Assembly: GCF_004010195.1 (NCBI RefSeq)
Contig: NC_057736.1
Coordinates: 811,344 to 864,410 of the forward strand
DNA length: 53,067 bases
Source of the DNA: Chiloscyllium plagiosum
Taxonomy: Eukaryota
Direction: 5' to 3'
Shown here piece after piece: positions 1 through 13,400 of this stretch (positions are counted from its first letter, which is position 1; every line of letters begins with the position of its first letter). The position numbers and the translations under genes were made by a program. Under the pieces are notes generated by a model. It did no database searches. It had not been told where the DNA came from and worked only from the letters and a program-made list of their open reading frames with translations.

Positions 1-560
1 CAATAAGCCTCCAATTTTTGTGTCATCAGCAAACTTACTAACCATACCTTCTATGTTCACATCCAAATCATTTATACAAATGATGAAAAGCAGCAGACCC
101 AGCACCAATCCCTGTGGCACTCCACTGGTCACAGGCCTCTAGTCTGAAAAGCAACCTCCACCACCAGCCTCTATCTTCTACCTTCGAGGCAGTTCTGTAT
201 CCAAATGGCTAGTTCTCCCTGTATTCCATGTCACCTAATTTTGCTAACCAATCAACCATGCAGAATCTTGTCAAACACTTTACTGAAGTTCATATAGATC
301 ACATCCACTGCTCTTCCTTCATCAATCCTCTTCATCATTTCTTCAAAAAACTCAATCAAATTAGCGAAACACAATTACCCACACAGAAAGCCATGTTGAC
401 TATCCCTAATCAGTCCTTGCCTTTCCAAATATAAATCCTGTCCCTCAGGATTCCCTCCAATAACACCAATGTCAGGCTCACTGGTCTATAGTTCCCTTCC
501 TTTCCCTTTTCCTTACCATCTTTTTAAAATAGTGGCACCATGTTAGCCAGCCTCCAGTAT
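1..560 (-). mobile_element. CR1 LINE ORF2 (reverse transcriptase) fragment, degenerate
   Basis: The minus strand reads the RT motif FADDTK (tttgctgatgacacaaaaatt) plus QHGF-region sequence, and it is homologous to the CR1 copy at 43080-43600. Confidence 0.85.
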
Positions 561-869
561 TCCATCAGCTGACTGAGCAGGTTGGAATTGGAAACAGGTT
601 TCAGAGACAGAGGCATAGAGATGAGAAAGGCACAGGAGTGTGTACTGTTGCTCTCCCAAACAAAGGTCACAGTAAAACAAAACTCAGTTTAAACTTGAAG
701 AAAACAAGTTGCCTTTCCTGCAGCAGTTGCTATGAGTTGTGACGTTTCAGTGGCTAAATCAGCGACATTTTCTAAGTGAATCAGTAACTCTCCATTTCCT
801 ACTAACCAGTGTCTAGTTTCCAGACAGAGACAACTGAACATCAAGGCTGGTCAAAAACGGACTGTTCTC

Positions 870-1225
870 CCAGGAGAGGAGTTTTTATTGAGGTTTTCAA
901 AATCATGAGCTGGCTATACAGAATAAATACTGAGAAACTATTCCTGCACCGAGGAGGAAATGGGAGGAAAGGGCATAGATTTAAAGTGATATGCAAGTGA
1001 AGCAGAGTTGATGTGAGCAAAACATCTTTTCACACAATAAGGTTAGCGCTGCCTGGAAATATGATTCAATGGTGCAATCAAGGGGGATTGGAAGATTATT
1101 TAGATAGAAATAGTATTCAGGGATGCCAGGGGAAAGAAGGAGGTTGGCACTAAGTAATGAAGCTTGTTTGAAGACTTGGTGCAGGCTCAAGGGGCCGAAT
1201 GGCCTCCTTCAGCACCAGAACAATT
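870..1225 (+). mobile_element. CR1 LINE 3' end (ORF2 C-terminus and 3' UTR)
   Basis: Contains LIEVFKIM, GHRFKV and FFTQ-like segments, followed by the tail gggccgaatggcctcct. Confidence 0.8.
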
Positions 1226-2948
1226 CTGTAATTCTCCCACGAGCTCACAGAGAGAAATCTTCTATTAATCTCCCCAAAACTTGCACTTAGCCACTTGGTA
1301 AATTTACCCCACTATGTTTAAGAATTATATGGTTTCATGTTTTTAAATTTGTAGCAACTAACTTTGCCACATCATTCCTGTAAGAGGGTGTGCCATATTT
1401 TCAGCTAACTCACCAAGTGTCCCATTTTCATCTAGAGTCTTGCTTCAGGGGAAAGGAGCTTTGCACTGTCTCGTGTTTTATGATATTTCATGTGTCAACT
1501 GGTGCTAAAGGTAAAAAGGTTCAAATGTGCTCTTGATTCTTGGAAAATAAAGATTCGGTTTTCAAAATGATAACAATAAATGTTTTGTATTCCGCTGAAA
1601 CTGGCTTCCTGCTTGAGATGGACGCAGTCATTTAAAATGTATTTTGATAAATATGATTAAATTACCAACATATCTCTTTGGAAAATATTGAATAACAAAC
1701 CCATCACTCAGTCGACATTCTGCAGTGTTTACATTATCACCCCAGACAGGTGTTTGTCTTCAAAGGACAATCTTATTCAGGACACAGTATGATTGTAAGA
1801 TCATTTTTGGCAGATCACAGATCCAATTTCAGTCATTCTGAAATAAGCATTTCCTTGAGAAGTAGCAAATCAAAATATTTTCCTTGTACTTACTGACTTT
1901 CTTAATTAAAATTTGCATTTGATACATTTCTTCATTCGGCTGAATGTGCTGCTTTAGTAAGACTGACAAGATTCCATCATCTTTCGATTGCTCAGAGCAT
2001 GTGTTTGGCCACAGCATAATTGTTGTGGTTTCTGTCTCAGTAATTGTGCAGTTGAAACATGTGCATTTGCAGGGTTGAGGTTTAGCTTTAGACTGTACAG
2101 GATGTAAGAGGAGAGGTATTGACTGATACCTTCAAGTCTGTTCTATGCACTTCAGAAAACTTGGGGAAAATAGTTTAGTGAATTGAGAGTGCCATGTTAG
2201 TGGGGCTGAATTGTCAATGTTATCAGTGTTCCTGAGGAGAGGGACTGAGCAACATGTCAGATGTCAGGCTGTACTCACACCCCAATGAAACGCCATCATT
2301 ATTATTTTCAACCTCTTTCAACTTGCTTATCTTTCAAACATTATTACAGCTCACACTTCCCACTCCCCACCTTCTGCCAACGCCTAAACTAAATGTTCAA
2401 TAGCCAAGCAGCAGGCTGAAAATCTTTAGACTTAAAAGTTAAATTCAATTTGTTAAAATATATATTAAGACAAAACATACATGCCAAATATTAAGCAATA
2501 AATATTTGCCACAACTAGTTACTGGGAAGAGTATGTGCGTATACTTGGCACATGGCCCCATTTGTTTCAATCTCCAACATGTATCTTGAAAAGCAAACCT
2601 TACAGCAGAGTGGGCGCTGTTTGCAATGTTAGGTACTCTACCTTTTTAAATGTCCCATAAAAGCATTTTTTTTAAACCTGTTGGCAGACGGCCTGTATTT
2701 AATGTATTCGGCATGAGCATGTTTTACAGTCACATGTGCCAATCTAAATGAATCAGTCTCAAAGGTTTTGAGTCATCCTCTGTGCAAAACAAGGATTTGG
2801 GATTAGGAAATGAGCCACACAGTATCTGAAAACTGGGAATGACAAACTGTCAGGCAGAAATGAAAATGTAACATTTCCAACCAGCTGGAAGCTGTACATC
2901 AAATGGGGCAAGGACAAACATGAGGGGCCTCTTACCCATACCTGAGGA

Positions 2949-3144
2949 TGTGGAGGAGCCAGTGTTGGGCTGGGGTGGACAAAGTTAAAAATCACACAAC
3001 ACCAAGTTATAGTTCAACAGGTTTATTTGGAAGCACTAACTTTCGAAGTGGTTCACCTGATGAAGGAGCTGGGCTCTGAAAACTAGTGCTTCCAATTAAA
3101 CCTGTTGGACTATAAACTGGTGTTGTGTGATTTTTAACTCTTGT
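2949..3144. mobile_element. Palindromic Penelope-like-derived short element with degenerate hammerhead core
   Basis: Inverted arms of about 68 bp (2977-3044 and 3078-3146). Core cacCTGATGAAGGAGC..GCTCTGAAAACTAgtg at 3054-3088. Imperfect 13-bp direct repeats ccatacctgagga (2936-2948) and ccaaacctgaaga (3145-3157). Confidence 0.7.
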
Positions 3145-3312
3145 CCAAACCTGAAGAAGCTGTTTGGTATTTTTCATATTAAATAAGTGGCCAACAAACA
3201 CAGCTTGAGATGCTTGTTCCAAATTGCTCTTTGCCCAGAAGCAGTCAGTGCCATGAAGGATTGGGAAGTCAGCCTGTAATTCAGGCAGTGAGTCACCCTT
3301 CATCAATGGTGA

Positions 3313-3539
3313 TGAAATAACTCCACCAAGGCCAATATCCCCATCATCAAGTCACTCTTTATTTACATGGGGAGAGCCCTTGACACTGATCCAGCTCCCT
3401 CAGAGCCAACTCTCACAGTAACAGGACACTCCTGTTAAAACTGTCAGCCTGGGCTCCTTGATTGGGTTGTTAATTCGGTCCAATCAGGGAACTCATATTC
3501 TATGAGCTCCACCAGGCTGACCTCATTCCAATCAGTACA
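3313..3539 (-). mobile_element. Solo LTR (Gypsy-like, short)
   Basis: TG...CA termini, AATAAA on the minus strand near 3358-3363, and 5-bp flanks ggtga/ggtaa (one mismatch). Confidence 0.7.
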
Positions 3540-3769
3540 GGTAACAGCTGGGCAGCACCACACCCAACTGCTAATCTCTCGCACACACCGCCTTCAGACA
3601 CTGGAAGGTGTGCAGAAAATATTTGAAAGGCTGTTTCTGGAAGTGAGAAACAGGAAGACTAAGTAGCACATTTCTCTATGAAAAGAGGAAATTAAGAGAA
3701 GACCTGATAGACATCTTTAAATTTATGGAAGGTTTTGATGGTGTAAATGTAAGGAAATTTCAATCCTCA

Positions 3770-4115
3770 CTTTGGAGTCACCCTCCACTTTAACCTTTTC
3801 TAAGTGGTCAATCCTCCACTGTCCTTTGAACTGTAATTCTGGCCCCTTAAGCATTCCTGACTTTAATTGCTCCACCATTGATGACAACTTCCTGCCTACA
3901 ACTGCCTGAAATCCAAGCTCTGGAATTTCCTGTTTAAACTTGGCCAACTCTTTAGCTCACCTTCTCCTATTAAGAGACTCACAAAAAGGGACCTCCTTGA
4001 CCCTGTTTGTGGTTATCAGATTCAATACTTCCTTATGAGCTCACTGTTATATTGTGAAATTCTTCAAAATGTTTCATTACATTAAAGGTTCTATATAAAT
4101 GGAAATTGTTGTTGT
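3770..4115 (+). mobile_element. L2-type LINE 3' end, degenerate
   Basis: Ends in aaaggttctatataaatggaaattgttgttgtt, an L2-like tail with a short (ttg)n repeat. Confidence 0.5.
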
Positions 4116-4699
4116 TTCCTTTGAGGACAAAATCAATTATAAGAAAGTCACTGACACAACAAGGAATTAATGTCAGAAGGAATTCCTGACGGAACGGTGT
4201 CAATGTGGAATTGTTACACATGGATTCATTGAAACAGATGACATTGATGGATTGAAAGAAAACCTTGATATATAAGAGAGATGTGTTAGGAAGACATCAA
4301 ACTGAATGAGATGGGTGTAGCTGGATGAGTTACTATCCTGGGAAGAGGCTGGTGTACAGTTTAAACTCTGGCTCAGATCAATCAGCAGGTTTCTACTGTG
4401 GAGATTCCATGTGATTCGTCTTCAGGCATGGAATGTGGAAGACCAGGAGAAATGGCTGGTTTGTTACTTGGGAAGAGCAAAAAGGACATTTAAGAGGATA
4501 ACAGGAAATAAATTGATAGAAAAATAAAACAAGAACTATTGCAATATAAATGGGTTCCCGGTGCAAGAGAGATCACTGATCAGCCAGTATCTTTTCTGAG
4601 CATGAGAGCATAACCAGACACAAGAGTCAGGGTGACTCAGCAACAACATTTGTAAGGCTGTAGTTTCAGCCTCCCTCTGGGACCTGAATAAATAATTGA

Positions 4700-4945
4700 C
4701 TAATGCATAGTAGTGTCACCAATCTGTTTTACTGATGTCCTTTAGGGAAGGAAATTTGTCCTTACCTGGTCTGGCCTACATGTTACTCCAGACCCACAGT
4801 GATGCGATTGACTCTGAACTGCTCTCTGAAATAGCCCAAGCAAGACACTCAATGGGGAGAGTCACTATCACCTTCCCAAAGAAAATTAGAGAGGGGCTAT
4901 AAATGTTGGTCTCGCCAGTGTCACTGATACACCATAAGTGAAAAA
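4700..4945 (+). mobile_element. SINE/LINE 3' portion (family with tail gggcaataaatgctggcc...cacatccc)
   Basis: Shares gaaggaaa..ccttacctggtctggcctacatg..actccagacccacag with the minus-strand copy at 48060-48380. Confidence 0.65.
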
Positions 4946-6088
4946 GGGAGAAAAAATAAGAATCACACGGAGGAATGCAAATCAGAGAGAAAATTGCCGG
5001 GTATATTTTTTTCCATTTTGGATTTGTGGCCTTTTCTCTTGTTTGACTAAAGGTGTTGCTCCTGAACAGCGTTTAGCCTCTGGCTCTAATGGAAGCGAAT
5101 GTGTGTGAGTTCAGCAAGACATGACTAACCTTTTTAGAGATGTCTTGCAATTTTCAAAGAAATGTTGCCCTGCAGGTAAAATAACATTTGGATCAATGTG
5201 TGCTAGCTGAGAGTCCGCTTTAGAATGGGGAAAGGACGGCATCACCTTTTACAAGTCACAATGTGCTGCTCTGCTCAGGAGGTATCTCTTCCAGACTAAC
5301 TCCAGGTTAGCATCTGGATTAGAGACACTCATTGTAACATTGCACCTGAATGGAGGATTAGCTTCACATTAAAGTGCTTGGTTAGAATCAGACAATCTTA
5401 CAGGATAGAACAGGCCTTTCATCCCATTGAGTGTGTGCCAGCTCTTGGAAGAAAATGTCCAATTCTTCTTCATCATAGATCTACAATATTGGTACTTCTA
5501 AATTTCTGGCTGACGCAATTTTGAAAGTTATCATGGAATTGTATCAGGTAGCCTAAACTGCAGATCACCACTCGCTGCAGAATGAAAACTCTCACCATCT
5601 CTGATATCTTTACAATTATCCTACATGTGTGTCCTCTGGTTCCCAACCTCTGATCAACAGAAGCAGTGACTGTTTGGTCACCAACACCCCTCCTACTATT
5701 ATACACTGCAACTATGCTTTCTATTTTATTTGACAGAGACTAATGTTTGGATCTGAAGTAAAATCAAGTTAGATTTTGACATTTATAGTCAAAAATAGAA
5801 GGTCAGGGAATCCATGTTTCTATGAGATGCTTGATGAAAGAAAAAGAAACATGTATTTATGGCCACCAGGTGTCTCAATGCAGTTTGTGACCAATGGAAT
5901 ATGTTTCAAATATAGGATTGAAATTTACTTTTTTTTTGGCTAAGTTCGAATTGTGTTAACATTTTAGGAGGGATTGTTGCTGTGAGAGCTAGCAAGTTCT
6001 CTTGCTGTAGCTTGCCAAGCTCATCTGATTAACTACGTAATCTGTAACTATGGCATCCTTTACATCAAATCTTAGCACGGTGAGCAAT

Positions 6089-6846
6089 TATGATGTAACA
6101 TATTTATATGTTTTTAATAACATTTATTTTAATATCTGCATTTTGAAGGAGTGACCTGTGAGTTTTGTCTTTGTCTGTGAAGGGGTTTAATAATTAACTT
6201 CTATGTATTTATGTAGCCATGGTGATTTATCTTAAACACAGTATAAAAGAGAGACTTTCTGGTTGAATTTTATGAGAAACAAAGTAAACAGTTGAGCATT
6301 AGGCTTCAGCTAGAAGGATCCAGAAATTGTTTTTATTTTTGCCTTATGGAAAACACCCATGATTTGAAGAATACCCTTTTGGTTTCAGATTTGCAGAGTT
6401 CATGGTGTGAAGCTGGATATATACGACAACTACTTTGAAAGCTGTAAATGTAATTAAGAACTGCTGAGAAAACAAGTTACCTCAGTGTAAGGAGTCGATT
6501 TGAAATTCCTAGACTAGTAACATCTGGTTAAAATCCTGAAGGGGTTATTTGAAGCTGAGAACATCTAAGCTCTTATGAAGACTCAAAGAAGAGGTTATCA
6601 GATTCACAAGACTGGGAATTGAGACCACACTCAGGTTTAGCCCAATAATGTGAAGGAAAAGTGAATTTGCTTTGGTATGAGCACAGGAAAGAAGTGCTGT
6701 TGAGGTTAATACTTTGGTTTTTACTATGCAAATTGAAATCTTTAAACTTATGTTCTATGTAAACTCTCTCATTTATTCTTCTTTCTACATTTATTTCATT
6801 TGTGTAATAAATGTGCTCAGTAATAACTTCAGCTGAGATTGTAACA
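6089..6846 (+). mobile_element. Solo LTR
   Basis: Perfect 4-bp TSD caat (6085-6088 and 6847-6850), 3' end ...gattgtaaca, and AATAAA at 6806-6811. The 5' end is TA rather than TG. Confidence 0.65.
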
Positions 6847-7602
6847 CAATGGAGTAGATTCTATTTACAGCCCAATACCATAAGATGTCAGCAGCAGTCA
6901 CAGTTGTGTAAAGAGGAAACCTACACTGAACCTGAAGAAAGTTAAGAAAAGAAATTGCATACAGATGGGTGATCACTTTAAAAGCCTTGTTGTTTTAAGA
7001 AAAATTCAGCTTGTCTTTCAGCAGCTCAGGCAGATCGAAGGCAATAACAGCTTGAGGTGAAAAGGCAGCCAGGCCTGGTGGTCAAAAACCCCAACAAGTC
7101 AGCGTGAGGCCAGACAGTCACACTCCAGACAAAGGCAGCAGACCTGAGCTGGGATTCAGGCTGCAGGGCCAGGGGACATTGGGATTACCAGCAGTACATT
7201 AGAGCCCAAAGGAAAAGGGGTAGGAAATGTAGCTGAGCAGGTCGACAGGCTGATAAAGGAAAACATCATAAGAAGAAGATAAATGCTATGAACACATTAT
7301 TTGGTTCATTAAAAGGGTAAGCCTTCATTTTGATTCCTGAAAATCTAATAATTATATCAAAAAAATTCTAATTTTTTTTGCAAACTTTATAAGCTTCAAA
7401 ACAAATTTGAAGAACTTATACTTTTGCACCATTTAGAAGAATTTTAAAAGCTTAATTATTTATCCTTTAAGTTTACTCAATGCCCCAGCAGCCAATGTCC
7501 CTGCCTGAATGGACTACACCTGTTCTTATTTTGTATACTCTTACAGTCACCCACCACACTCTGGGAGACTGAACTTCACACATTCATCACCCTTTGAGAG
7601 AA

Positions 7603-7807
7603 TGATGTGGAGGTGCTGGTGTGGGACTGGGGTGGACAAAGTTAAAAATTACACAACACTAGGTGATAGTCCAACAGGTTAATTTGAAACTACAAGCTTT
7701 CGGAGCGCCACTCCTTTGTCAGGTAGCTACCCGATGAAGAAGCAGCACCCGAAAGCTTGTATTTCCAAAGTCCTGTTGGAATATAACCTTGTGTTGTGTG
7801 ATTTTTA
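7603..7807. mobile_element. Palindromic Penelope-like-derived short element with two opposed degenerate hammerhead cores
   Basis: 12-bp TSD cctttgagagaa/cctttgagtgaa (7591-7602 and 7808-7819). The minus strand reads tacCTGACAAAGGAGTGGCGCTCCGAAAGCTTgta. The plus strand reads tacCCGATGAAGAAGC..GAAAGCTTgta. Confidence 0.75.
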
Positions 7808-8115
7808 CCTTTGAGTGAAGTAATTTCTCCTCATCTCTGTTTTAAATCTGCTGCCCCTTATCGTAAAACCATAATCTCTCATTCTAGATTACCCCACATT
7901 TGGAAACTTCCTCTCTATGTCAACTTTGTCAATCCTCATTAGCATCTTCTATCACTCAATTAGATCTCCTCTCATTCTTCTAAACTTCAAAGAGTAACGG
8001 TCTAAGCTACTCAATCTCGCTTCATGTGACAACCCCTGCATCTCTAGAATCAATCAAGTGAACCATCTCATCCATTACAACTACATCTCTCCTCAAGTAA
8101 GAGGACCAAGTAAGT

Positions 8116-8431
8116 GGGGTAGCATGGTGGCTCAGTGGTTAGCACTGCTGTCTCACAGCGCCAGGGACCTGGGCTGGACCTGGGTTCAATTCTAGCTTTG
8201 GGTAACCACCTGTGAGGAGTTTTCACATTCTCCCCATGTCTGTGTGGGTTTCCTCCCTCAATCCAAACATTTGCAGGTTAGGTGGATTGGCCATGCTATG
8301 TTGGACATAGTGTCCAGGGGTATGTAAATTAGGTGGATTAGCCATGGATACATAGGGGGATGAGTCTGGCTGGGGTGGTCTTCAGAGAGTCAATGTGGAC
8401 CTGTTGGGCCGAATACTGTAAGCTTTCTATG
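8116..8431 (+). mobile_element. HE1-type tRNA-derived V-SINE
   Basis: A box tggctcagtggttagc, B box ggttcaattct, V-domain ttctccccatgtctgtgtgggtttcc, and CR1-like tail gggccgaat. Confidence 0.85.
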
Positions 8432-9356
8432 AAAGCTGTCAGCAATACTTCAAGTGTGGTCTCACTGTTGAAGCAACAGCTCCCTACTTTTATGCTCTAT
8501 CCCTAATTCTATACTCCTATTCCTAATGCAAGATGATAAGCTTCCAGTGCATCAGATTTAATATTATACTGAAATTATACAGAGTTACATGACAGTAAGT
8601 TGATCAATATCGGCTTGAATCAATATATCAAGTGGAAATTAAAGCAGTGTTAGTAGCTCCAAAGAGATGAGCCTAAGAGAATACAACATTGGACTGCATG
8701 GAGTAAACAGTTTCTAAGATATAGAATTTCTTCAAAGTTTTAATATCAAATTCAAAGGTAGAACAAGTTAATACAGTATTATATTCAATCAGGCCTATAT
8801 TAGATAATGTAAAAAACAATCAGAAAATAAAAGAAGATACATTTTTGGTGATGTTATAAAAGCTTTCACCAATTACTTCAACTTAAGAAAATTCATAACT
8901 CTTGAGTGGGCAAGATTTAAGAGAAAAATAATTTGTCAGAGAATCTGTGGAGAATTTCATTAATAACTTTTACAAACTACTTGAAACTATAAATGTGGAA
9001 TCTTGAATGACAAAAATCCCCTGAGTGGACTCACACAGCAATATGGTTAGCTCTTAACTGGACATTTTGGGATGGGCAATAAATACTGACTGAACCAGTA
9101 ATACTCACATCCCACAAATGAGTTAAAATGACAACCTGATACAAAAAGTAAACAAAACATCAGGTCCTAAGAATAAGTGTCAACGCTATGGACAAAAAGT
9201 TATCCTTACAGGCAAAAGCAGAGGCCAGCAATGACAAAAGATTATTTTATCTTTAAAATAGGTTTCAACATCAACAACAACAATGGAGCATGTCTTCTGT
9301 GAAAGACAGGCAGGATCCTCCAGCATGGGAATGACACAAGAATCAGAATAAACTAG

Positions 9357-9550
9357 AAGAAAGTGAGGACCACAAATGCTGGAGATCAGAGTCAAAGGGT
9401 GTGGTGCTGGAAAAGCACAGCAGGTCAGGCTGCATCTGAGAAGCAGGAGAGTCGATTTTTTAGGTATAATTATGCCTGAAACAATGATTTGCCTGCTCCT
9501 CGGATGCTGCTTGATTGGCTGTGCGTTTCCAGCACCACACTCTTCGAATC
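9357..9550. mobile_element. Palindromic short element (second Penelope-like-derived family), core largely deleted
   Basis: Inverted arms gtggtgctggaaaagcacagcaggtcaggc and its reverse complement. Same family as 19472 and 20691. Confidence 0.65.
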
Positions 9551-10269
9551 AAAATAAACTGAACTCTTCTTAAGTCAAAGACCTGCCAGAAGCCTGAGTC
9601 AGAAATAAAATCTTTTTGGTGGAATTGTGGATCCTCCAGACTGGCTGAATGTGTGAAGTGTTATGACAGAGGCTGGAGAGTGCACCATTGTTCTAGTCCT
9701 GTTACTCTATGGGTCACAAAATCAAATAAAATACCTTTTCCTATTACCACGATGACCAGTTCAGTACCTTTGGCTAAGTCTGACTCACATTGGGTTTTTT
9801 GGAGGGATTTTCACTATGAGGCCTAATGAATTTCCTGGCCACATCTTATACTCATCTCATTAAACTCAATAAAGTCATCTGATTAACTATTTGCCACCGT
9901 CTAATCACTCAAGTCTAATTCCAGTCCTATATTACCATATTCCATTCCCAGAACAACTCGCCACTCAGCAGATATCCCAGATTGAACCAGCATCCCTTGT
10001 ACCTGCACCATCTTTAAAATTCCATTGTGTTCTCGGACAAGCACTGCCAGTCAGCAGCTGCCCTGCACCGTTCCTGACATTTCCCCCGGACATGGCAGAC
10101 AGGGGTTAGTGACCTGGAGTCCTGCAGGACTTCCTCCTCGATCAGGACCAGCCGTGGCACCAGAGCCCTCTCAGCCTGGTCTGAGGGTGCCCCCCCATCC
10201 CCGCCCCCCTCGGGGCAGTGCAGCCTCAGTGTCTGAAGGAATATCCAGCGCTGCAGGAAGAAGGGAAGT

Positions 10270-10420
10270 GTCCAGCTGGCTACCGCCTGAGTCCAGGCTG
10301 GATTTGGCAGGATGCAGTGGTCAACAGGCTAATAGATAATCATCCTCTCCACCAGTGCTTCCAGATTGCCATCCATGAAGCAGGAAGTGAGTTTTCCTGC
10401 CTGGGCTTGGTGATCATATT
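10270..10420 (-). mobile_element. Possible PIF/Harbinger Myb/SANT-like ORF relic
   Basis: The minus strand gives GKLTSCFMDGNLEALVERM and then PAWTQAVAS, resembling the F(S/T)xxxLExLV...AWxxVA pattern. Broken by a stop codon. Confidence 0.3.
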
Positions 10421-13400
10421 CAAACACAACAATGTGAGAGATAGGTCTTAGCCTGTAGCATCTGAACTGGTGAGGAACTGGACTTTAAATATGGTGTAAG
10501 CAGTGTGAACACTGTAAGGTCCCTGCTGTGGTGACATCTCCACCCTCACTTCCACTTCCCTTCTATCCAGGGTCCTACAGTATAACCATACCAATCGGCC
10601 CCTTCACAAGTTTCAGAGTTTCGGACGCTGTGAATTTACAGCCAAGAAAGAAACAGGAAGTTATGTAGAAATTTGGTTTTGACATTTTCTCCCAGTTTCT
10701 GACCCTACCACCAATTACCTGACCATAAATGAGAACTCTGACATTTTACAAATAACTCCTCAGAACTGTTGCATTGACAATCAACTCAGATGACCTTTTA
10801 AAGGTTATCATTGTTGGCAAGCTTTTTATTATTATTAATTTCAATAAGAATTTTATAAGATTTTTACTTGAAGTCATTTCATTTTTCATATGAAGGCTTG
10901 ATCACAGAAATTCCCAAAATTGTGCAAAAGCTATGACACAACAATGCCAACAAAAGATATTTATAATGCAAATCTAAATCTTTTCTAGATTTGATCCAGT
11001 TGTTAATGGTAATTGGTTTCTCCTGCTATGATCATTAAATACTTCCTGAATTTTGATCGAGTTCCATTACTAAGTTGTGGTTACACTATAAGAGTCATTG
11101 GTTTCACTCTGTACCTGGCTAGTACAGAATGTGTTATATATATGTATCTGTCTGATTTAGCGTTGCTGAAATGTTCACTTAATACAGTGTAGAGGTTAGA
11201 ACCACTCCAATCTTGATTTTATTTCTTTGTTCGGTGGATATAGATTTCCTTGGCAAGACCAACACTTATTGCCCTTGAGCAATGATATGTTGCCATCACA
11301 TGAACTCTGGCCTCATTCTGTCTCACAGTCTTTGACATATCAATAATATTTTTGTAAATAACAATTATGTACAAAGGAAACAAAAGTAATGCATATTTCA
11401 ATGGCACTGAGACTTTTGTTTAATATTAGAACAACTGTTCAATTCCTGGAGCGTCTGGGACAATCCTGAAGTTTTGACAAGTGCAAAACCATAACGAGGG
11501 ACAGTTTGTATCAGTTTGTATTAGTGACGGATTTGGAAACCATAAATTAGCAAAGTCCATGGATTGCCTGTGAAGGTACCCTATTTGGCTTCTGTATCTA
11601 TATCATATTAAAGGATACAGTTTCAGTGAACCTGATATAAAATGGATCTTGTTTGTATGTGTACCCAAGGCAAAAACCATGAGCTTTATTCTGCTTCATA
11701 TCTAATATGCAGGTGTTACGACTTAATATAACCTTTGGAAAATCATTTAAAAAGCATGACATCTGTTTCATACAGATGGTTAATTGTTGAAATAAAAAGG
11801 TAAAACCAATGAAAATAAGACACCGATTTATCAAAAGGTTAAGTTCTCTGCTTTGCCCATAATTTATTTACTAAAGTAAGGAATGAAAGTTCTTCTAAGA
11901 ACTTCTTTAAAAAAAATCTGAGTGGACAGTTTTATGTTAGAATACACCTTTACCTTTGGAACTTGGATTGCAACCTTAAATAAACAGACAGGAACAACCC
12001 AGTCCTTAAATATAACCTTCAGTGTGGTTTCTCAATTTCCTTTAAATAAACTACGCAGTAGAGTGAAAAAGTTCGGGAGACCTTGTGGATTGCTCAGATA
12101 AAACTGTCAATCAATATTCCCTAACAGTATTCTCGTTCTTAACACAAATGATTCTTCAGTCACCAAAATATAATTTTGATTACACATAGCCCTGGTTCAT
12201 GTCCTGGTGCAATCAAAGCAGCAATATTTCATTAACTTGGTAAAATGAGGTAACTTGGCCAGAGGACTGTGAATCACATTGTGTCGCTGGGCAATAAGAT
12301 TCAACAATGCATTTACCTGAGGTACAGGCTCCATATTACCAGCACTGCAATAAAAAGTGAAATAGTGAATGCTGGAAATCGAAAACAAAATAGATCACGC
12401 TAGATAAAAACAACAGATCAGTTTTTACTTAAGAATGAAACATGTCAGAGTCTAATTGTTCATGTCTTCTGTTTCAAAGTGAGTTATCTTTGACAGCCAT
12501 TTCCTGCACAAGATCCACAAACACTATAATGCTGCACCTTCCCAGTGGCTCCTACTGTTTTGCTCAGCTCAGATTAACGATGCTGAGAACAGATATAATG
12601 TTAAAATGTTCCAATTGTTTATCTGTCGCAGCAGATAGGGATCTTGGAACAAATATAGTGAATGCTGGAAAGACCCATCAGGTCTAACAGCATCTGTAGA
12701 GAAACTGAGTTAATGTTTTAAATCCAGTATCCATCTATCTACAGAACATCAAACTGCTGGAAAATGGTGGGGTTTTATACTTTTGATGCAGGGGAAGAAG
12801 GGGCTGGGGGAACAGATGGTGTGGAGGCCCAGTACAAAAGACAAAGGGGCCGCTAATTGTGGCAAAAGAGACATATTGACATAAACTGGATGTGAATTAT
12901 GGTAAAAAAAGGAGAGAATGGGTTCTCTCTACTGAGAGAAATGTAAGCCTAACATAAACATGACATGGCTGTGGGGTTCAGGGGGACTGGGTGGTGTTGT
13001 GAATTTAAGAAAAATGGAGAATAGGCAAATGTGCTCAGGACCTGAAATTGTGGAATTCAAATATTGATCCCTTGAGGTAGTAAAGCAGAAAATGAGTCAC
13101 CTGAACTTGAAACATTAACACAGACCTGTGAAGTCTCTCCCGCATTCTCTGCCTTTTTTTCAGACCTGCAGCATCTGCAATATTTGGCTTTTGGGGGGGA
13201 TTTTGGCCGTTGCTAGCATTAACTTGGACTGAATTCTTGGTGCTGTGTTGTCGAGGGACAAAGGACAATTTGGCCTTTTTTCATTAACCACGATGTTTTT
13301 GGATAGATATAGAGTAGGGGACAATTGAAGAGTCTTTTGTGATGGTAATTCCAAAATGAGTGTGTTGTCCATGAGAACAATACACTGTAGAACTTCTGTT

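Larger units (their letters stand above)
7490..8530 (-). mobile_element. CR1 LINE 3' fragment interrupted by two younger insertions
   Basis: RGDLIE-type minus-strand sequence around 7950-7980. Split by the elements at 7603-7807 and 8116-8431. Confidence 0.7.

Noticed and set aside
8116-8200. SINE heads (also 24120 and 52290-52361) as tRNA genes
   Set aside because: The A and B boxes continue into V-SINE bodies and LINE-derived tails, with no complete cloverleaf.
9659-9900. Possible additional LTR starting tgttatgaca
   Set aside because: No matching right terminus or TSD could be identified.
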